Shown here one piece after another: positions 56,428-64,000 of a stretch of DNA of 64,000 nt (position 1 is its first letter; every line of letters begins with the position of its first letter). Where the stretch lies: the sequence record CP033547.1; one strand, given 5' to 3'. Below the pieces are notes generated by a model. The model made no database searches, was not told where the DNA came from, and saw only the letters and a program-made list of their open reading frames with translations. This stretch comes from a plasmid. The position numbers were made by a program, and so were the translations under genes.

Positions 56428-57725
56428 ATGCAAAGTGAAAATGAAATATTCGCGTTAGTCGACGTGAATAATTGCTACGTCTCGTGTGAGCGTGTGTTTA
56501 ATCCTGCCTTGAATGATCGCCCAACCATTGTGCTCAGCAACAATGACGGCTGTGCCGTGGCCAGAAAGCCAGGAAGCGAAAGACTTAGGCATCAAGATGG
56601 GTGTTCCTGTATTCCAAATTAAAGAGCTGATCAAACAACATAACATTCAGGTGCTATCCAGTAATTTCTCCTTATATGGCGAAATGTCCAAGCGCTTTAT
56701 GGAGCTGCTTGGGGACTATGTTGCACCAGGAGATCAAGAGGTCTATTCCATTGATGAATGCTTTCTGGAAGCTCACAGCTTACGAGCATCTATTTGACCT
56801 GACTGTATATGCTCAAGACATGAGGGCTAAGGCTTGGCGTTGGTTAGGCCTACCCTGCTGTATTGGAATTGGTCGCTCTAAAACCGAAGCCAAGATTGCC
56901 AATCATCTCGCCAAGAAAAACAAGTTCTTCAATGGGGTCTGTAATCTGGCCCATATGGACCCATGCTCTACAGAAACGCTACTCGCGCAGGTTGATGTGT
57001 CTGAGGTTTGGGGCGTAGGCAGACAGAACTGTAAGAAGCTCAATACTATGGGTGTTCAATCTGTGCTGGATCTGATCAATGCCAATCCTAAAGAAATCAA
57101 AAAGCAGTTTAGTATCGTGATGGAAAAGACGGTGCTTGAGCTACAGGGCCTTTCTTGTATTGACCTTAGTGATGATACTGTAGCGAAGAAGCAAATCATC
57201 AGCAGCCGTTCATATGGCAACCCAGTGTATGAAATGGATGACATTAAAGCTTCGGTTCGGCTTTATGTGGCCAGAGCCGTGAAACGAATGCGGGAAGATG
57301 GCTCAATCTGCAAGATGATCGGCGTGTATATCCAAACCAGTCGCTTTGATAAGACAGAGCGCTACTCGCCTTACATCGTCGTTCAAATGCATGAGCATAC
57401 GGATGATCTACTGCTCATCACCAAGGCCGCGATGAAAGGCATCGATCAGATATTTAAGAAAGGCTTTAAGTATAAAAAGGCGGGAATCGTGCTGCTCGAA
57501 ATTACAGATCAATCCAAGTTTGTGCCCGATCTATTCACGGACTATTCACATAAGCAAGAGCGAGAAAGGCTTTCAGATGCCATCGAAGCCATCAGTGAAC
57601 GGTTTGGGAAGAATCTCGTCACGCTAGGCATTGCCAACAATAAAGAAGCCACATGGCACATGAATCAAAACCTTAGATCACCTTCGTATTTAACCAAATG
57701 GTCTGACTTACCAAGAGTAGGATAA
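56428..57725 (+). CDS. umuC: UmuC error-prone polymerase V subunit, split into 3 ORFs by frameshifts
   Basis: MQSENEIFALVDVNNCYVSCERVFNP...; ORFs 56428..56622, 56513..56797 and 56676..57725. Confidence 0.75.
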
Positions 57726-57729
57726 AAAC

Positions 57730-57948
57730 ATGCACTTATTTAAATTAACTGACGAACAACTCGCACAAATTCTTATCCCGAAACGATTTGTACCACCTAC
57801 TCCACCTGAACATGAAGGCAAGAATATGGTCTATGTATTTGATAGTGAGGATAAGTTTGAACTGACTTATGATGAGCTGGTGGAGATCATTAGCAAAGCA
57901 AGGATGGCTGGTCCGAAGTTGATACCTGTCTTAGGCACCGTGAATTAA
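57730..57948 (+). CDS. Small hypothetical protein downstream of umuC
   Basis: 72-aa ORF 5 bp after the umuC stop. Confidence 0.35.
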   Translation: MHLFKLTDEQLAQILIPKRFVPPTPPEHEGKNMVYVFDSEDKFELTYDELVEIISKARMAGPKLIPVLGTVN

Positions 57949-58661
57949 ATTGTGCAGTGTTCGCACGCCACTTGAAACATAACTTGATTGGAAATGAATT
58001 TGGGCTGAGAAAAATTCAGTTCAAATTTAACCTGACGGGCACACTAAAAAATGGGTAATTGTCAGATCGAGTTTGGACTACAACACTTTAGCTCATCGAT
58101 TTACCAAAGTGCTAATCTTTACACTATTGTCTAAAATCCAGTGACCAAATTGTGATGCTAAAGCTTTTAAATTCCCTTTATTATGAATCAAAGTTAGTAT
58201 GATGCTTTTCATAAAGACAGTTTACTTATAACCAGAGAGATTTTTAAACAATTCCCCTTTTCAGTTTGCTTAGGCTATTTGATCCAGAGTTCATCTTTTT
58301 GCATCATTTTTAACATTAAATTAAATATAACCAGCGGAGTAACATTTTTTTTTGTTAGAGCCGACAACTCTTTGAAAACTAAATTTAACGGTTCGCTCAG
58401 GAGCATCCAAATTAACTGGGTAGTTTTGTTTTTCTAAATACAGATGATCTCCTAACATTGGCTCTATACCAGTAATAAAATTAACAATTTGTTGCTCATC
58501 ACCTTTCATTCGGCATTGAAAATGTAGAAAATTCTTACGCAGTTTTCCAAATAATAATAATATTTTAAGCGCCTTAACCATGTTCTTTTCTTTCAGTGCA
58601 TCTTGCTGCCTATCATCTTTATAATGAAAATCAAGGAGAGGAATTATTTCATCTGGACGAG

Positions 58662-60733
58662 TCAGTTTTTAGCCTTTTCGTAAAGTTCATCAAACCAACT
58701 CTCTTCTAAATTCTTACTATAAACATAATTCGTTTTTAAATTAAATTTTTGGCGATCCATCCATTTAGTGCTCATCCATTGACATCGTTGCATCCATTCT
58801 TGAGCTTGGGTATCTTCGCTTAAACGACCTTCTCTAAAACTTATCAAACGTTGAAAAGGTGTCAGAGTACTCTTCTCTATACTAAACTTCTTTTCTTGTC
58901 GGCCAGCCATCGTAACTGGCTGTGTTTGCTGATAAGAATTAAACCATTTCTGTTGCTGAGTATAACGATTTAGGTTTATGTAGTCTGTACTTGACTTCAC
59001 TGGACTAAAACACTGTTCTAATACTTTTTTTGAAATGATACACGGCGAATTATAAATTCGATCGACTGCTAATAAATCCAAAACATGAAGGTAATTTGAA
59101 GCCGTTTGCTCAATACTGCTATGCCCCATCCAAGAGGCGAGCACCTGCCATTTATGTTGAATAATCTCTTCTTGAGCACGTGCTTTCATACCAAACAATA
59201 AATCCCTCATCTTTTTGCTTTTACCCAAGGACAATCTGTGTAGGTCTTGATCATTTCTTTTGAACCGAGCAAAGTTATTGCTAGATAGTTAGCAGCACTG
59301 TGGCGTAATGTATGAAAACTAAAGCCATGATGCATACCTAATATTTGACTAAACAAATCTACTGTAATTTTGCTGATACATTGATCAGTTAATACACGAT
59401 GATTCACACTAAAAAGTTGATCATCCTGCTGATTAACCAAATATTGCTCATAACGATGTTGTATGTAACGTTGTACTACTAAAAACTCATGTTCTGACAA
59501 TGCAATTTTCAATGGTATTTGACGATTCGCACTTCGCGTTTTCAGACGGCGATATGAATTGTCTTGGATATGAAGCGTGATATTATTAAAAACTGTATTT
59601 TTCTTTTTCTTTTATAAAAGTAGCTCTGGGCAAATAATATCTTGTATTTTAAGACAACGAACTTCATTTAATCGAAGTCCAGTTCTATAACTTAGTAAAT
59701 ACATCAGCTTTAAACAACTCAGATGATCGACCCACTCTGATGCCGTTGGCTCTTGACTTAAATTTTCTAGTTTTTCCAATAATTTGCCAAATAGCAAAGG
59801 ACTCACTAGCCGTGCATTGCAAATTTGTAAATGCTTAAAACTTGAATTCTGTAACACCAATACCCCTGGAGCATCATAATTCTCTATACAGAATTGATGA
59901 AAATCTTTTAGGCGACCAAAACGGTATTCTGCGCTTTGGTGCATCTTACGAGAGGTTTTTCCTTTCACCGAATCTCGTTGAACTGCTTTTTCATCACGTT
60001 CACTGCTGTATTTCAATAGCTGCCGATATAAATCCTCATAGTCATCTATGGATTGTTGCTTTAAATCTAATTTATTGAGCCAAATCTCAAATATAAATTC
60101 TTTGCCAAACGATCCTAAGTAGCTTTCAATAGTTGATAATTGAAGCCCTCGTTTTTTAAATGCATTAACCAGTGAATTAAGCGTAGTTGAGCATCAATTA
60201 AAGACTTTTCCTCCGTATTAGCATCAACTATCTTCTCCTCTAACACCCTTCTAGTTTCTTGCCAAAAACGTAGCGTGCGTTCTTCTTTATTCCTCTTTTT
60301 ATCTAAACGCTCAACTTTTTGACCTTTACGTTTCTTTTGACCAAACAACATCAACTCATACGGAATCGTTTGTAATTTGCTTTGAACAGTCGGAACTTCA
60401 GGAAGTAACTGCTCTTGTTCAAAATGAATAGGGCGATTATCTGGTTCTGTGACTTGATTGTAATCATTATTCCACAGCAATCTAAATTCGGATGGCCTTA
60501 AAGCAACAGTATTAATCTCTTGCTGGAAGCACATTACTCAAAAATATATCTATGCTGAGGTTTGGATTAAATTCGAGTACCATTTGCACATCATTAAATG
60601 CACGAAATCCACGGCGTTTAATTTGATATTGCAGATCCCCAAGACTTTTTTTCCTGCCTATCTTACTCAAGCTTTCTAAAATACAATCTTCAACTGAATG
60701 TTGCAGACAAAATTCTTTCTGAGTAGCTTTCAA
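58662..60733 (-). pseudogene. Large tyrosine recombinase, heavily frameshifted
   Basis: Box I GLRLNEVRCLKIQDI, box II HTLRHSAANYL, and C-terminal LASWMGHSSIEQTASNYLHV. The N-terminal region continues through 60115..60733. Confidence 0.55.
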
Positions 60734-60863
60734 CTTTTTAAATATTGCAAAATGAACTGCGCATATGGGTTAAAAAAAAACATGTTTCCATTGGTACAAC
60801 TTTCCCTGTTCTACATCGTTGCCATATTGAGAGTTTTCAACACGATAATGTAGTAACAATGGA

Positions 60864-63726
60864 TTAGTGATTTTTGTAGTCCGAATGGTATAACCGAAAA
60901 CAATTCAGATCTGTACCAAGCTCAATGGCCTCCTGCAATTGCTTCTGAATAGCAATCAAATGCTGTTCATCTGCACAGCCTGAAATATATATAAAACTTA
61001 AGCATAAATTTCCCCATAAGTACTTTGGTTCATTCCAATATTCAAATGAATCTTGCCAATACTGCCTTAATTCCTTAAGTACATGGATATGTAGATGCCC
61101 CTGTTCTAACCGTGACTCTGTACTCTCAATTTTTCTAGGCAGTACGATCCGTTTAGTATGTGGATTTAGCTTAATTCTGTATGATTTTTTATCTACATTC
61201 TGGTTGAATTGCTTCCTTCTTTTATTAAATTCATCTTCAGTAAATTGCATCAGTTTTGATTGTTCGTCTCGGCTCAACTTTTGACTCAAACAATCAACAC
61301 TATCTTTAATGTCATGCCATTTTTCAGCGATCTGCTGATCAAGTTTTTGCTGCATTTCTTTCGTCAATACTTCCAGGTGGAGAAGGCTGTCTATCTAGCG
61401 ACTTTTTCACCATTTTATGAATATCAACAAATAGATCATCTAGTTGTGGTTTTATTAGTTCTTTGATTTTTGCATACAACTATTTTCGCTCTAAGTGTTT
61501 AATCGATAAAGATTTGACATTATCTTGCAATTGCTGGCGGGCTTGCTGTACATAGACATTCGGGATAAGTGAAGAATGCGGATGAAAAGCCTCTCGGTCA
61601 CGTTGGTCATGACCATACAGGGCCTGAATTAAGTGAAAAGCTAATGCTGGTTTACCCTCTTGCTGCTCATGCATCAAAAAGTTCATGTCAAAATGACGTA
61701 ACCAATTCGAATACATATTCTTTGGAAAGACTCCTTGCATATATGAATTCACCCATTTTCTCGATAAAGGGATTAACTTAATTTTCCTGCTCTGCCATTC
61801 TTTGACAGTTATCGGCAAGATATCTTTACTAAAAATGACCTTACCAAAAGATCATTTACAGTTATCTTCTTCTTTGCAAAGACTTGTCTAAAAAATGAAC
61901 CGTACGCTTCAATAATTTGTTCTAAAAAGGCAGTGTAATTTTGCAGTGTTTTTATGAAAAAAATCAGATAATGGGATAAAGCGACCATCCTTTCTTGCCT
62001 TACTATTTTTCTTATCATTCACATATAAAAGCTTGAGCTCAACACAATAATCATCCAAATTCCCCAACAGGTTTTTTTTAGGCCGACTTGCCAAACTCAA
62101 CAAACTGATATGCCACATCCAACACGCATATGCATTAAGTTGATTAATAATGTGCTTATCTTCTTGGATGTTTTCGTGACAATGTCTATGTAAAATATGG
62201 AATTGCTCTTTCACAAAATTGGGTTCAAGTGCCAGTTGGCTCCCTATCCTTCCTATAGATAATGCAGATTGCACTTTGAATTGTTGTTGCAATATTTTTA
62301 GTTCAGCCGTGTCTTCAGTAAAATGTGTGGAATGTGGTGTAAGTGCTTTTTTCTAAAAAGGCTAGATATGTGCTACTGAGTTGAGTTTTCGGTAGCCCGC
62401 CATAATAGATACCAGGCATGTGATGCTGACTATCCCGCCCAGCAATTACATGAGCAAGATATTCATTATATGTTTCATAATATATATGAAAATATAATTG
62501 AGCCTGCAGTTTTTCTACAGTGATCGAACCTACAAACCGATTATCAAGCCAATTCTTAAGCTTGGTATTAATATAAGCTGAAGATATAGATGGATTATCT
62601 CCTTGCTCGATGTAGTCAAACCATGCCGCAGGTAGATGTAGTTGATGCGACATCTCTTCATTCCATCGCACATGATTAAGACGCTGTATTTTCTGCTCTG
62701 AAATTTTTAAATCTAAATTGAGTAAATATTCCCGTCGTTTTCGTGAACCTTTTTGGATCAAAATTCCATCTTGAATAAGCTCGTTAAAATTCATCAGTGC
62801 AACGGGTGATAATCCTGTCAACAGTGATAATAAACATGCTGCAGCGATTGCAGCATCTTTCCAGTTTCCAAATAATTCGGCTCTTAGTACATATACAACT
62901 TGCTTCCAGTACGTCCGGCGCTAAATAATGAGGATTTGTAATAAATGGAGCATGCCGGCGTTGGCGATGACGCGTGTAATGCGCAACATAATCACTAATT
63001 ATATGATTAAATTGTTTAGTCTTTTCATCTTCTGAATATAACTCTACTTCCAGCGTCTGCAAGCTCAATTTCACCATCTTCATCTTTGTGAAGAGCGGCA
63101 TCATGAAAACTGATTTTTGCGTTATATCCGACATCTTCTTGCTTACCTGATTTTATTTCACGAAATATTCTGACTTCGTTTTTAGTTGGCCATTGTAAAG
63201 CTTTCCGTTCTTTTGACTTACGTTGACGAAGAACAACACTACGATCATCTAGTCGTATAAATATGATCAATAGTGCCGATAAATATTCAATTACTTTTAT
63301 TTCTTGAAAATCATTAATATTAAAAAGTTGATTACGATCCTCGTTTTTCAAGCTACGTTCGTACATGACATAACGATTTAATAGCTTACTGCATTCTTCA
63401 AATAATTCAGCATGATTAGAATGCAGCACATATCGTGATACATAACGCAAGAGATCACAGACCTGTTTTTTCTTATTCTCACCTTTAGGAATTTTTGAAA
63501 AATCTTGGTAATGTCGATAAGTTAAAAAACTTGCTTGCAGAATCAGATAACGTTGAGACGACAGCTCTTGAGTATTACTAGTATCAGGAGATGCAAAATA
63601 ACTTAAACAAGCTAGCAAATAATAATTACCAATTTGCCTCGTACTAGATATATAGCCGTATATCTGTTGCGCCTTCTCATATAGCGCATGGGCTTTTTTC
63701 ACGTAAATCATCTGATAGATCGACAA
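60864..63726 (-). other. Cluster of further tyrosine-recombinase-like gene fragments that probably extends past the window end
   Basis: 61909..62292 has LSIGRIGSQLAL (box I-like). 61480..61818 has HPHSSLIPNVYV (Y-motif-like). 62315..62821 has TGLSPVALMNFNEL and LPKTQLSSTYLAF (degenerate motifs). Confidence 0.3.
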
Positions 63727-64000
63727 ATTGTGTATTCACAACATGATTGCGTAATAAACAATAATCTTTTTGGAATTTTTCTGCTAAATCTAAGAATTGC
63801 TCTTCTGTTTCAATCTTTGGCATATTCGCTTTCGCTTAATTTTTTATCAAATTGCATTGGTTAAATTCATTACGATCTGAACAATTTGGTAAAAGTTGAT
63901 CTTTTATTGAACTCTTTGTCAGCTTAAAAAATCTAGCAAAAAAATTTAGCATCCAGCTCTTTCTGAGCTTTTCTCTCAAAGCACAAGTGTTGCTGTGATT

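Overview
This 64-kb window looks like a mosaic Acinetobacter plasmid / accessory region.

Main content, in order along the window:
- A Rep_3-type replicon with iterons and a parA-parG partition module.
- A chromate-resistance chrBA module with a resolvase.
- A series of XerC/XerD pdif-flanked modules: relBE, the blaOXA-58 module (ΔISAba3-like–blaOXA-58–ISAba3–araC1–lysE), brnTA, higBA-like pairs, an SMI1/KNR4 gene, and msr(E)-mph(E).
- Many insertion sequences: two inverted IS26 copies, an IS1006/IS1008-like element, four or five copies of an IS1202-group IS, two IS3-family copies, an ISAba1-like element, ISAba3 copies, and Tn3-family and IS66-like remnants.
- Three umuD-umuC loci, two of them partly deleted, one paired with an SRAP gene and an HTH-ImmA regulator. 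Also xseAB and a hipA-hipB pair.
- A defence island carrying a type II CBASS (patatin effector, CD-NTase, JAB, E2/E1) and, beside it, a diadenylate-cyclase-like gene paired with a 2-TM membrane protein.
- A P4-like integrase.
- A cluster of tyrosine-recombinase-like genes at the 3' end.

Two features stand out. A perfectly conserved 344-bp unit is repeated about 7 times in tandem, with an alternating C/T polymorphism. Many genes carry single-base indels, mostly at homopolymer runs, which suggests either sequencing error or real pseudogenisation.
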